Source of the DNA: Tubiluchus corallicola
Lineage: Eukaryota; Animalia; Priapulida
Reading direction: 5' to 3'
NCBI GenBank assembly: GCA_030141605.1
Contig: JAQGDQ010000303.1
Location: 218,858 to 282,857 of the forward strand
Length of the DNA: 64,000 bases
Shown piece after piece: positions 13,603 through 27,574 of the stretch (its first letter is position 1; every line of letters starts with the position of its first letter). The translations under genes and the position numbers were made by a program. The notes under the pieces were generated by a model, which saw only the letters and a list, made by a program, of their open reading frames with translations, searched no databases and was not told where the DNA came from.

Positions 13603-13637
13603 CTCACTGAGGTGTTCCTGTATATTTATCAGGTAAC
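13603..13637 (-). CDS. Candidate 35-nt exon (xYLINIQEHLSE)
   Basis: ctgttttggttttcacAG|GTTACC...AGTGAG|GTaacc. Strong acceptor. Only one of the three frames is open, and it exits in phase 0, matching the TIA-1 exon. Confidence 0.4.
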
Positions 13638-14606
13638 CTGTGAAAACCAAAACAGAATAATAAATCAAAGAGCACAGACATCAGAGCACGGTTTAAATGA
13701 GCATACAGCTGTTGCAATAATTTAATCAATCATTTAGCAAAATGAGTAAAAGCAAAAGCAATCAACTTAGCAACAAAGTTTCAGACATGTAGGGATAGCT
13801 TACTGCAAAATTTTACATGTTTTACATGTCTAAAAATCGTCAAAGCTATTTTATTGAGATAACGACCAAACTAGTACTATCTAAGTAGCTAATTTCGCTT
13901 AATATTATATATATATAATTGCAAAATAGATCCCTGTTATAGGTGCATTACATTACAAAAGGTACAAGTACATTTTACATGCCATGTTAAACAGATATAT
14001 TTTCAGAACCTACATCGATCCACTATAACTTTTACAACTATCCCACATTGACTAGTCTAAAAATTGTTTGTATACAAGTTGCAAAAATCACCCAATGAAA
14101 TACAATCATTAAAGCAAAAGCGCATTCAAGTGAATGTTTAACGCAAGAAGGAATAGTTTTCAAGCCGCGGAGCAGGAGTAGGACACTCCGGAGAAGGCCT
14201 CTTATTGCTTCATTTATTGCAAAACTTTAAAAACTGCCAACCGTGAATCTAATCTGCTGCGCCAACCAAGCATTCCCAAAACTAACAAACTAGACCAATC
14301 AGGCACACTGTGCAACACATTTATACCTGATTAATAAAAACTTTTCCGGATACATTTATTTTATTGTAATATAATATATTTCTACCAAAAATTATGATAA
14401 GCTTGTAAACATGTATATAATATACAACATTTTACCAATCTTTACCCCATGCTGGTACTCTTCAATGAACTATTTTTTTATTTACAATATAATGATTTTG
14501 TTTTGGTACTTGAGCATTAGCAGAATCAGTTACTAAGGTTGAAATAAAAGTCAACAATTGACCTGGAGTGCTTCCTAGGGAATCACTGAGCCAACGAAGC
14601 TCCATC

Positions 14607-15003
14607 TAGGGGCGTATGAAGACTTTACGAGGCTGATAGTTCCCTTTATAGTGCATTTATGGTTGCTTATGTAATGAGCAGATTAAACAATTACTTGTGG
14701 TGCATTTTTAGAAACACTATTAACCTAGCTTCCACGTGGTCATTATTAGCTACATGTATTTACATAGCGTTTATATTTAAGCAGGCTGTGCAACTGCTTG
14801 TTGTGTAATACCTTGCACCTGTTCGTTATGTGGCATTTATATAAAGTTGTGATTAGTAACCGCCTGTGGTGTGTTATAATATGTGCCCTTACATGAAAAT
14901 GAAACTAGACACATTTTCCGAGACTTTTTGTAAAATGTGACGTCCCTCAAACTTTGTCGCCCTAGACTATAGCCTAGTTAGCCTATTGGCTAATATGCCC
15001 CTG
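14607..15003. mobile_element. hAT-type MITE
   Basis: TIR TAGGGGCGTAT/ATATGCCCCTG, TSD GCTCCATC/GCTGCATC. Confidence 0.75.
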
Positions 15004-15087
15004 GCTGCATCACATTCCACATACTTTTAAACCGACTCAATTACGCGAAAAAAAAACTGCAGCGTCTTCGAATTCGTTTCTCAAGCG

Positions 15088-15178
15088 TTTCTAGAGTATA
15101 CTGCCAACCCTCCCTTGTTCTAGAGCCTCCTGGCAACCCTCCCTTGTTCTAGAGCCTCCTGGCAACCCTCCCTCGTTC
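15088..15178. repeat. 29-bp tandem repeat, ~3 copies
   Basis: CAACCCTCCCTTGTTCTAGAGCCTCCTGG repeated. Confidence 0.85.
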
Positions 15179-15912
15179 CTTTCTTCACCAAACCACTAAC
15201 AGTATTCAGAAGAATTATACATTAAAATTCTGAAACAAACAGAATGAAACAAGAGCTCTCCATCAAAGGTTCGTCTAAACTTGAGTCAATAAGTCATCTA
15301 AAACAACAAGGGAACATTAACCGTTTCATCGTGCTGTTCAATATTTGCTAAAAATGTGCATAAATCTGTAAACAATTCTAGCACGTGATCGAAAACGATA
15401 TCCTGGCAATGTTGGCAGCCTTCTTGTTTTTCTTGTGGATCACCGTGAGGACTTTGAGGGCACGTAGTACTGGATCATAGGCTGCCATATTTAGAAACGT
15501 GTGTTATAGGCTTTATACAGGCAAATATCAGTTAATGTACCAGCAAACACATTAATTTGTCCCAATGCAAAAATATGGCATTTACAAAAATATTCAGGGA
15601 GAAATACGGGAGAAATTCAGGGACGTGTGTACACTGAATGTGGGTGTATGCATTGTCTTGTGCTACTAGAAAGAAAAACAGAAAAGGATTTTTATGTTAA
15701 GTGTTTATTGCAATCGGTGTTATAAAGATGACGAGTAGTGGTAATTTACAATATTGCAAGTGGACCGTTTCTTAGCACACATTTTGCCTTGGACCCAGTT
15801 TACCTGGCGTGGATAAGTAGGCCTACTTTATTTGAAAAGCAACGTTGCAAGTACCTGTTACTTAGTCAATCGAGTATTTCTTGACATTCTACTATACACG
15901 TTACTAAAAAAG

Positions 15913-16362
15913 CAGGGCCGGAACTAGATGTGGCAAGTGGGGGGGGGGCGCAAAAATTTTCTGGGGGGGGGGGGGGCGAGGTATCCGAAGTGGTTAAAAA
16001 ATGGTTAAGCCAATTTTAACCCCTTTTATACTGCATGCAGGCCTATAATTAGCATGTGTGTAGGACGGCGTAGCGGACAGAGCAATAATGAGAAAATTAA
16101 CTCTCAGTTAACCTAACGTTATTAATGTGCCTCTAACTAAATTGTTATTTACAGAAATTTATCACACACAAGTTTTAAGAAAATAATACACTGAAGCTAC
16201 CAAACATTTTTTTACCTAATTCTAATTCATATTGAAAATGATTACATGCGAACTGCAATTTTCACTGCAAAAAAAATTATTTGTCCGATTTTGCAGGGGG
16301 GGGTGGCGCAAATTTTGACAGGGGGCGCTCTCCTCGCTCCCCCCCCCCTAGTTCCGCCCCTG
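15913..16362. mobile_element. hAT-type MITE with G/C-run subtermini
   Basis: TIR CAGGGCCGGAACTAG/CTAGTTCCGCCCCTG with a perfect TSD TAAAAAAG. Confidence 0.88.
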
Positions 16363-17127
16363 TAAAAAAGACTAGGGTATGTGAGTTCAGAACAACGGCT
16401 AATTTGCAGTAATAAAACTTGACGATTCCTTTGAACAATGAGTTTTTTAGTCACAACCTATGCTAACGTCAGAAAAAACGCTTACAAAGGCCTTCACGGA
16501 TGAAACAACGCCCGAGCGATAACACACGACTCTCAAACAAACAAATAAACAAATAATTTAAAAGTTGTCAAAAGTGTCAACTGTAACCAGAGGTAACTTC
16601 CGCCCTAACAGTTTCACTTTCTGTTTGTAATTACTAACAAAACTTGTCTTGTAATTGAACTTCCTCCTAATGCCACTAGGCGACATCCCCACCCAAAAAA
16701 TGCAAGTCTTATTGGTCACCATCGACGTGTCATCGGAATACGAGTGCTAACCAAAGCATGCGACCAACCACATGGCTTCCTCTAAAGGTATTGAACAAAT
16801 AGCCCATTCTGGATTATTAGTCAACAGAGGGCGTACATGCGTGTCCGGCAAGGCCTCGGGAGAGCACGTTATATTTCGCTTCGTTTATACATGTTTTATG
16901 ACTCGCTGATGAAACTGCGCCCAGCAACAGAATCTCAATCAACTTGAGGTAGATTAGATGTTAAGCGAAATGTTGAGGTATGGCCTCATGGTTAGGTACA
17001 CTCAAGTACACACATCTGTAGGCAGGTCGAACCGAGAGACAAGCACACTGCAATCAACACGTCTTACTGGAGAGTATGCTCTTTGATATGACTAAATTAG
17101 AACGTGTCAGTTATAACTAGTAATGGC

Positions 17128-17703
<576 letters not shown>

Positions 17704-18222
17704 GTAATGGCTTCCAAATACTAGAGATAAGGGAAGCCGTAAAACAATAGCAGTAGAAGTAACTAGACAGCAAAGCTGATGCACACTTCAGCCACGTCAC
17801 TGAACCAGAACAATATTGGGGCCCAATTAAGACCGCACATACAAACAGCTGCCTGAGTGTGGTTAGTAAGATAAAATGTGTACCTGGTTACGTTCTGAGT
17901 TTAATCTGGACCCATATTGTCCACAGCCATTAGTTAAGAGTTCCTTCGAAGCTTCAAAGATGAGGTCTCAACTTATGAAGAACGACTATCTTTTAACCTG
18001 GTAGTGGCAGTAATTTAATCACCCATAGGAAATCTTTTTTCCCGAATTCATATTTATCCTTTCCTCTGGCAGCGTAGAATAAAAAGCTATTCCCATAATT
18101 AAACGCTACGCAATTATGATAAGCGTATGATAATGATATTCCTTACAGCAATTATGGTAAGTACTAAGTAGTACCTTACACAAATTACGGACTCACTGTT
18201 GCACGTTACGGCAATTCAGTAA

Positions 18223-18639
18223 GCCTTTTCACAGTTCCAGTCTCCAGCGATTGAAGGTGGTCGTGAAAAGGTCAAAGGTTAAGTGTACCAAATAACGCAT
18301 TTAGGTACACTTGACAAGGCATCGCAGCCCATGCTGTTGTAATAGTAACAGCTTTAACATCGAGCTAGAGCCTTACTTAGTCCATTTTTTCTTGCTCCCA
18401 AGCAAGATACTGCTAGTACGTCACTCTATGCATAGATTAGTACATAATTAAGCAAACGCATAGATTAGTACATAATTAAGTAAGTCCAGGCAAAACAACT
18501 ACAGTTACTGAGCCGGTGCGGCAAACGGCTTTGCTTTACCCACGTCACATGACGGTTGCAATTAAGACGCGTTGCTGTGGTAGACTTAACCTTTGACCTA
18601 GAACAACTGCGCGTGTGCACAACGAAACTGTGAAAAGGG
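18223..18639. mobile_element. MITE with CCTTTTCACAGTT termini (Harbinger/ISL2EU-like, superfamily tentative)
   Basis: CCTTTTCACAGTT ... AACTGTGAAAAGG, inner inverted AGGTCAAAGGTTAAG/CTTAACCTTTGACCT, second copy at 37997-38380. Confidence 0.75.
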
Positions 18640-20631
18640 TATTACTGATACCAAACAAATGAATGAATACAGGCTAAGAAGTGCAGAGAAAAATATGTTC
18701 CGCGATACCCAAGTGAAATTTGTCATTACCCTCCTGGACAAAATGACCTAGAAATAAACTTTCAGTTATGAATCTCCAGCATCATAGCATCGCCCAATAA
18801 GTCTCATTAGCCTACAGCAGCAGAGCTAATGCGAGATATTACAGCTTGGAAAAGCAATATCCATCAGCTGGAGCACAAGTGAATGATCCTCAGTCTAAGA
18901 AGCATTCAAACAAACATGAAATGCTACTTAAACTTCCCCACGGATGAATTGCTCTCTACGGCTTGACACGTCAACACGTGTACGTTAATACAGTACAATG
19001 CGTCGACTTAAGAAGCCACAATAATGGCAAATAAACACGCGTTTTACGAAATTAATTTCAAACTTTTACACCAGGTGGCTTCTCTAAGTATTAAATTGTA
19101 TACAGCAGACTACTTTGGTGTAAATGTAAATACATTTTCCCGATCATTTGTTTAAGAGTGAAATAAGGAAGGGTGGGGGGGGGGTAAGACATTCATTTTC
19201 GATAACGTCATTTCTTCGCGCTTTTAAATGCACAATAACGTAGCACTTTGTCTTACAAGCTTGTATGAATTACAGACTATATTCGTGTGTTCTCATTGTG
19301 GCACAATAACGTAGCACTTTGTCTTATAGTGGCACAATAACGTGGCACTTTGTCTTACAAACTTGTATGAATTACAGACTATATTCGCGAAGTTCGTGTA
19401 GTAAAATTTCATCTAATTTTCCTTCAAACGATCGAAACTACCTTCACTTAAATAATTTTTTGTCCCGTCTGGTATCTCCGATTTTAGGTAAGTACCTTTC
19501 CACGCATGCGCGTTGCCATTGTGTACATACTAAACGCTAAACGCTCCGGAAAATAAAAACTTATTAATATTGAGTTTCAAGTGTATCTATAGTTTTTTTC
19601 AATAATGTACTTAGTGCGTGTGAAATTTAATTTAGTATGACAAAGATTTGCACTAAAAAACGTGAAATTAATGACGTTTAATATTTCAAACACTTACAGC
19701 ACTTCGGTGGTTTCAGCAAAACATCCTAAGTGCATAAACTGATGCAGGATAAATGTATTGTGTAGTTACGGACGCACTGCTATCTAGAGAACAATGAGAT
19801 TCTTTTTCAGAAAAACAATGGAAAGTTTTTGTGGTTTTGGAAAAGTAACACAGCGAATTTCACCTCAATATTAACAAACTACGGAACAATGGCACATTAT
19901 GAAGATTCTTCTAGAATTACAATAAAGAGGAGGGGGGGGGGGGTAAAACGTGCAAATAATAAGACAACACAAGTAACTTTACCTGTATTTTAATGTTGAT
20001 ATATTATATCACAATGAAAATAACTATAAGCTCAAAAAACAATGAAAAGATTCTTTCGATTTACCAAGGGTAGATGGTCCATGTTTTTTCATAACAAGTC
20101 AGTAACTTTATAGTGTAATTTACCATTGTTTGGAAAACCAAGGATTCCCATTCATAGATAACTTCACAAGAGAAATGCCCATACTAATTAAACATTTTAA
20201 AAACTGGCGTTTCAAACACAAGCCGTATAATAGAAAAATGAAACCACAGAAGTGCAAAACTTTAATTATTAATTAAATAAATTAATTAACGTACTTATTA
20301 ATCAAAATAAATAAACAAACAAATAAAAAAAGAATTATTACTAATAAATGTTGTGACTTTCTACTGAGCCTACATAATATACCTAGCAATAAGAAGCTAG
20401 GGGTGTTCGATGATCGGGACGGGATCGAAGTCCGGGTCGGGCTCCAGTGGTCGAGTTCGATGACCGGGTCGAGACGAAATGTTCGGGATCGGGGTTCCCC
20501 ACCGTAAACCAATTATCAGTAAATGGGGATATAACAACCGAATTCCGCAATTTTAGCTCCACTCGTTTAATATTGATAACTGTGACATGATTCACTCACT
20601 CGGGTACGTTCAAACCATGCTGGTTTCTGCG

Positions 20632-21694
20632 TGGTAAAAACGGCACAGGAAAATAGCATAAATGGAAAAGCAGGAAAAAATGGCACATATGTTATTTTGA
20701 TGCAATTGATTTCTATGGTGCGCAGTAAAATGCCACAGGAAAAAATGGCACAAGAAAAAATGGCACAGAAATAAAAAATGCACAGGAAAAAAATGGCACA
20801 AATGGAAAAGTAGGAAAAAATGGCACATATGTTATTTTGATACAACTATTTTCTATGGTGCGCGGCAAAAATGGCACAGGAAAAGTGGCACAGGAAAAAA
20901 GGCACATGAGTCATTTTGATGCAATTGATTTCTATAATAAAACTAGAATGCGTTCAGTAGGAAGCAGATCTCTGTCAAAGCTGAACAATCCTTAAACTTA
21001 TTTGACCGATTCTTAAAATTTAAAAAAAAACTTATAACACAAAGATAAAAAATATGCAAAAATGTACAGCATTGGTATTATATAGAGTATAGACTAGCAA
21101 GACTCATTTGTTCATTAAATAGATTTATAATAAATAATGCACGAATGTTCCACATAGTGTTTGTCTACCTTTTTAGCCATTAATTTTGGCGATTGTAATA
21201 GATTGCAAATATATACCTACCAAGTCAGCTTATTAACTATATACATTAATAAGCAAAAGAAGTACTAAATACTCCCTCTGAGACTGCTACGAATGTTTTT
21301 TTTTGTATGTGGTGTTTGGTCAAGTTCTACAGAAAAAGAACAGGCAAAAAGATTCCCATTTTGGCACCCCCTAAACACGCCTTTCTTCACAAAGCTTCTT
21401 GGAAATCTCTTGTATAGTTTTTGCATAGTAGGTTTACTGGCATAATGGACAAAAAACAACCAAACAAACAGACAAACAAAGAAACTGTGTTGAAGCATAA
21501 CTTTCTTGACAGAAGTAAAAATAGCTAAAAAAATTTATCTCCCACTGTAACCCTAAGCCTAAACACATATTTTGCTAAGTGTGCCATTTTTACCTACTTT
21601 TCCATTTGTGTCATTGTTTCCTGTGCCATTTTTACCTACTTTTCCATTTGTGTCATTGTTTCCTGTGCCATTTTTTTGTTGTGCCATTTTACCA
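20632..21694. mobile_element. Nested foldback element with ATGGCACA/TGTGCCAT subterminal repeats
   Basis: Left arm (20632-20930) has AAATGGCACAGGAAAA repeats and right arm (21579-21694) has TGTGCCATTTT repeats. Termini TGGTAAAAACGGCACA / TGTGCCATTTTACCA. Confidence 0.65.
20941..21520 (+). mobile_element. Helentron/HINE-like non-autonomous element (nested)
   Basis: Starts AACTAGAATGCG..CAGATCTCTGTCAAAG and ends (CAAA)n..CATAACTTTCTTGACAGAAGTAAAA. The subterminal inverted pair TCTGTCAA/TTGACAGA plus microsatellite is the HINE-type layout. A truncated related copy lies at 21715-21965. Confidence 0.55.
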
Positions 21695-22214
21695 TCATTG
21701 GATTTCTATAATAAAACTAGCATGTGCTCAGCAGGACGTAGATCTCTGGTTCTTATGATTGAACTCTGATTCTTGTGATTAAAAAACGTAAAGAAAAATA
21801 ATCAATCAAAGGCACAAAAACGTATCTGCATTCCTATAAATGTAGACTAGCAAAGGACTCACAAAACATTTTGTGCATTAAGCAGAATTATAATCAATAA
21901 TTTGCGAACATTCCACATAGTGTTTATCTACCTTTCTTCAACCATTAATTTTGGCTATGTAAGAGAAATATATATATATATCAATATATACATTCGTATT
22001 TGTATGTATGTATGTAAAAAGTCGGCTTACCAGGACGAATTCACTCTGTAGGCGCCGCGAAAAACTAATCACGCGTTACTTGAAACTACTTAAAAGACAT
22101 TTAAAAAAATAGCGCAATGTAAATAAGATTAATTTGCGCGATGAATAAATGGCTCATTTTTCATCTTATGTTTGAAGCGGTCTCGAGACAGGATGAGTAA
22201 ACGCAAGAAGTTTG

Positions 22215-22510
22215 GGAACGGGGTTCGGGATTTGTCCGAATGTTCGGGAACGGGATTTGGGATTTGACCGAACGTTCGGGAACGGGGGTTTGTGATTTGA
22301 CCGAACGTTCGGGAACGGGGTTCGGGATTTGACCGAACGTTCGGGAACGGGGTTCGGGATTTGACCGAACGTTCGGGAACGGGGTTCGGGATTTGACCGA
22401 ACGTTCGGAAACGGGGTTCGGGATTTGACCGAATGTTCAGGAACGGGGTTCGGGATTTGACCGAACGTTCGGAAACGGGGTTCGGGATTTGACCGAACAT
22501 TCGGGAACCG
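22215..22510. repeat. 32-bp minisatellite (~9 copies) inside the hAT-like element
   Basis: Unit GGGAACGGGGTTCGGGATTTGACCGAACGTTC. Confidence 0.95.
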
Positions 22511-22932
22511 GGATGCGACATTTGAAGACAGTTCGAGAACGAGGTTTCGGGGGCCGGGATGTTGGCGAAACAACCCCGATTCCGAACACCCCCTATGAGA
22601 AACACAAGAATGAAACAATAACAGGTCAAGTGTAAGGACCTAGTTACGAGTCCAGGGAAAAGTACCATATGGCAAACATTTCTTTGTAGCTAGCAGCAAG
22701 CAATAAAAATATCGATAAAAATAAGTGGGGGTAATTGTGCATCATCAACGTTTATTATTGATCGAGGAAGAAGTGACTAAGCAATTGATGCACCTGTGTG
22801 CAAAATGATAACCTACCTAGACAACAACTAGATGTAATCACATGGACAGAGGCGCTAGAAGACCGTGTTATTAGTTATTATTTTTAAGCAGTTTCTTAAT
22901 TTTTTAAATAGTTAAGGTATGAAATCCTAAAA

Positions 22933-23894
22933 ACAGTCTCAAATCTACAAACCCTGTTCACACAATCACAGTCCCAAATCTACAAACCCTTGTTCACACA
23001 TCACAGTCCCAAATTTACAAACCCTCGTTCACACAATCATAGTCCCAAATCTACAAACTCTTGTTCACACATTCACAGTCCCAAATTTACAAACCCTCGT
23101 TCACACAATCACAGTCCCAAATCTACAAACCCTTGTTCACACAATCACAGTCCCAAATCTACAAACCCTTGTTCGAACAATCACAGTCCCAAATCTACAA
23201 ACCCTTGTTACAATCACAGTCCCAAATCTACAAACCCTTGTTCACAATCACAGTCCCAAATCTACAAACCCTTGTTCACAATCACAGTCCCAAATCTACA
23301 AACCCTTGTTCACACAATCACAGTCCAAATCTACAAACCCTTGTTCACACAATCACAGTCCCAAATCTACAAACCCTTGTTCACACAATCACAGTCCCAA
23401 ATCTACAAACCCTTGTTCACACAATCACAGTCCCAAATCTACAAACCCTTGTTCACACAATCACAGTCCCAAATCTACAAACCCTCGTTCACACAATCAC
23501 AGTCCCAAATCTACAAACTCTTGTTCACACATTCACAGTCCCAAATCTACAAACCCTTGTTCACACAATCACAGTCCCAAATCTACAAACCCTTGTTCGA
23601 ACAATCACAGTCCCAAATCTACAAACCCTTGTTCACACAATCACAGTCCCAAATCTACAAACCCTTGTTCACACAATCACAGTCTCAAATCTACAAACCC
23701 TTGTTCACACAATCACAGTCCAAAATCTACAAACCCTTGTTCGAACAATCACAGTCCCAAATCTACAAACCCTTGTTCACACAATCACAGTCCCAAATCT
23801 ACAAACCCTTGTTCGAACAATCACAGTCCCAAATCTACAAACCCTTGTTCACACAATCACAGTCCCAAATCTACAAACCCTTGTTCACACAATC
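22933..23894. repeat. 36-bp minisatellite, ~27 copies
   Basis: Unit CACAATCACAGTCCCAAATCTACAAACCCTTGTTCA. Confidence 0.98.
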
Positions 23895-24199
23895 AATCTA
23901 CACACCTGTAACATTAACGAGAGCACTTCTTTTGCGGTTAACTAACTAGCTGTGAATTTCTGCACGCCCTGCGGTGGGAAGCCATATATATCAGCCATAC
24001 ATTGTTAGTACATACATGAACGATTCGCTCGTGTGCCCATTGATCAAAGAGAAACAATACGGGAAACAGCGAAACAGTACATTACTCTGTGTAACATTCA
24101 TCAACACGTCTACCCTGATGTTTACTTTACCTGGCAAAACCTCAATCAAGTTGACTATGATATTAAATATAGCCAGAGCTGAGCTATGATGTCGATCAA

Positions 24200-24755
24200 T
24201 GTGAAATGGCGCTCAAGTATGGCACGGCAATTCATTGCAAATGTTGGTCCAAGGCTTTGGAATGACATAAATGATGAATTAAAAACTGTTCAGCCAATTC
24301 AAAAATTTAAAAAGAAATACAGAGCAATGATTCTCAACATCCTAATTTCCCACACCTACTGTAGCAGTCATACCACAATCCTGGTACAGATTATGCAAAA
24401 CAAGGCATCATTGATAAATCTTTAGAGATGATGTCAACATAGCACAATCTATTATCTTTCTTCCTACCATTTCCACTAACACATCCTTCTACCCTTCCTG
24501 TGTGATCTAACCTTACTCCCAGTTCTTTTTTTTGTTCACTCATCCATTCTTTTTTTATCGGGTTCACATGACAGTGGGCTTATACAAACCTTTGCTTCTC
24601 TAGCCCACTGCAGTACAATTATTCTTTCATGATAACGACAGTGTAGGAAACATAACAATTTAATACAGTATGACGTAGTAATTTTGATGTCACTGTGTGC
24701 TTAATGTCATTATATTGTACTGAATGTGATAATAATAAATAATAAAATAATAATA
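24200..24755 (+). mobile_element. 3' end of the same LINE family
   Basis: GPRLWNDINDELKTVQPIQKFKKKY, shared 3' UTR, (TAA)n tail. Confidence 0.8.
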
Positions 24756-25819
24756 ACGAAAGTAAAAGAGGAACGCGAAGTTTCTACATACATTTAGATT
24801 TCGTTTCATCTTAAGTCGATGTATTACAATCAGCGATAAATAAGACAAAATTATGAAGGATGAAAAAAAAAACTGCACACAAGATAAAAAAATCTGCACT
24901 ACTGAAGCACAATTTTAATTTGGTAAATGTCAGCAAAAATATGAATTTGTCTCGGGTTCAAATCTTGGCTGTGAATAATTTTTCATCACTGTCTGTTCTT
25001 GCTACCAAAAATATATTACTTCGAAGGATGGAATATCACTTTGAATATTGTTAATTATAATTTAATAATTTCTTATGCACAATTTCAAGTTGTCTAAAAT
25101 GGAGGAGTGCAAATAACGATGAAATAATTTACTTCACTTATTCGATCAAAATTAGATTAACTTCATAAATATCAGTTTTTTTCTGGCTTCAGACAAATGC
25201 GCAAACAAAAAGACAAAACACGCCTTTTTTGAAAATAAATTTAGCTTAAACTCGAAAAAATTCCAATAAAAAGTTTACTTTTAATTTCGAAGCAAGAAGC
25301 CTATATCAAAAATGTTTGTAAATGCAAATATACAGTCTAAGCGAATTTACAAGTTAAACTCAGGCAATATTTTAAAATTAGTGATTCTTTTATGAATATG
25401 TGAATGAAGTCTTATTACATTGCAATAATTTTTCATTGCATATTGGCCATTTTGTCCTCATTTGGTCTAGCTGGCCCTCGTGTTTAAGATTTGTAACGGA
25501 AATACAGCGACTGATCTAAATTCTTTGTGGATATCAATAATTTTCGTTTATACTAAACTAAATCTTCTATGCTACATTGGCAAGCTAATATCTTCATAAT
25601 CTACAGGAACATGTTTGATGATTCGATTGCACCATGCAATGTGGCACATACATAGTGACGCTGCAGCCTTGAAATTCTTGGGTAATTACAATTTACAATA
25701 ACTAAGTAGAGACTATCTATTATTATTATGTACTCGTAGTGTAAACAAAGTTATGCATATCTTAAAATATTTTCTTGATTAGTTATTACCAAAAGTACAA
25801 TAGGTGAAAACATACTTAC

Positions 25820-25829
25820 CTGTCTGTTT
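25820..25829 (-). CDS. Candidate 10-nt microexon (AAACAGACAG)
   Basis: tatgtttatAG|AAACAGACAG|GTAAGTatg: a consensus donor CAG|GTAAGT with an AG acceptor 10 nt upstream. An internal AG would give a 4-nt variant of the same phase. Confidence 0.3.
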
Positions 25830-26480
25830 CTATAAACATATATATACATACATATTTCTATAAATATATCATAAAGGAAAGTCAAATAATGGTAGTAAAA
25901 ATGGGCCTCAAAAAATTCAAAAACAGTTTCAAAGCCAAATAATGAAATAAATAACTAAAGAATGAAATGATCAAATTTATAAAAATAGAATCATGTAGTT
26001 TTGATAATTTCAAACTCACCTATCATGTCATTTTCCAATTTGTCCACAGCAACATGAAAAAAAACAGAGGAAAATTAGCTAAAAATCAGATAAGATACGA
26101 ATACTCGATTAAAACACAAATAAATAATCACTATTTTTACCATTAATGCTCTACTGAAACTCTGAAAGTGCATGTCTTTCTATTTAACTCATTCACTTAA
26201 GGGTTTAAAAGTTTATAACATTTTATAAGTCTCTATGACAAAACTCTTTCAAAACTTCCACAAGAATTCAACAGCTTAAACGGTTCAACTGAAGTAATGG
26301 CAGACACTTTTTTACCAGTTTTCTAATAAAAACTATTTCCTGTGGACAATGTACACGTGTTAGTAGCAGTTTACCATGATTTAACTTGAACAGCAAGAAG
26401 CAACCTAAAAAAATCTCAAAGTGCAAAAGAGTAAATTACGTCAACATTGTAACAATGTATTTGGGAAGAAGTTTATGATT

Positions 26481-26873
26481 CTAATCCTAATCTAATCCTA
26501 ACCATAGCCCTAACCCTAACCCTAGCCCTAACCTTAACCTTAACCCTAGTACTAACCCAACCTTAGCACAAACCCTAACCCTAACCCTAGCCCTAACCTA
26601 AACCCTAACTCTAACCCAACCTTAGCTCAAACGCTAACCCAACCCTAATTAAACCTTAATCCTAACTCAACCATAACCCCAACCAAACCCTAGCCCTAAC
26701 CTTAACCCTAGCCTAACCTTAACCCTAACTCTAACCCAACCTTAGCTCAAACGCTAACCCAACCCTAATTAAACCTTAATCCTAACTCAACCATAACCCT
26801 AACCAAATCCTAGCACTAACCCTAACCCAGCCTAACCCTAACCCTAATCCTAATATTAATCCTAATCCTAATC
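26481..26873. repeat. Degenerate telomere-like (CCCTAA)n tract with 120-bp higher-order duplication
   Basis: CCCTAA/CCTTAA/CCTAAT/CCTAGC hexamers. 26601-26720 is repeated at 26721-26840. Confidence 0.9.
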
Positions 26874-27574
26874 CGCTTCCAGAACTAGTCTGTAGGGAAT
26901 AGTAAACTTTAGCCTGTATTTATAATCAAGAAGTATTTTTCTCACTACCCAATAAAAAAAACTCTTCCATGAGAAACCGAAAATTCGCTTGAAACAGAAC
27001 TTTTCCTGTCATATGAACATTTACATCTCGAACTTCCAATGCTCCACAATAAACGAGAAAACGAAAATAGGAGTGCAAAATGTTGCTTAGCAGTGAAACC
27101 GAGAGATAATAAAAAGCACTTCATCTTTACAACGTCAACTTTGAATAACAACCGACAATCAAAGACAGAGAACACGATAGCGTACCAAGGCTACAAAGCA
27201 GCCAGACAAACGCATTTAAGACGGCGGAAACTCTAATCTTCAACAGAGAATAGATTGAGATATGATACTGTGAGACTCACAGCTACATCAAAGAACAAAA
27301 AATACTGCAAACTTCAGCATCAAAGACGCGTATTGTCACCAAATGATAAAAATCTCATACGGTGCTGCAGCTCCAGATCTTAAAGGAACAACAACAAGTG
27401 CTGTGCGTGCTACGTTTTAACAATTAGTGTACGGCAGAAGTATAAAGCTACCATTACACCCAAAAGCAATGCCTAAAACCACGACTGGTCGTTACGTTCT
27501 TCCACACACCTTCACAAGTTATATTAATGAGACCACAATGCCAGCTACATTAGGAACTATGAGAAATTAACTTT

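Larger units (their letters stand above)
20398..22595. mobile_element. hAT-like element carrying nested insertions and an internal 32-bp tandem array
   Basis: Termini TAGGGGTGTTCG / CGAACACCCCCTA, flanking 8-mers TAAGAAGC/TGAGAAAC (6/8), and TTCGGG-rich subterminal repeats at both ends. Confidence 0.65.

Noticed and set aside
22990-23949. Three long overlapping ORFs (319, 294, 201 aa)
   Set aside because: They result from a 36-bp unit with no stop in any plus frame, are interrupted by indels, and are antisense to the host gene.
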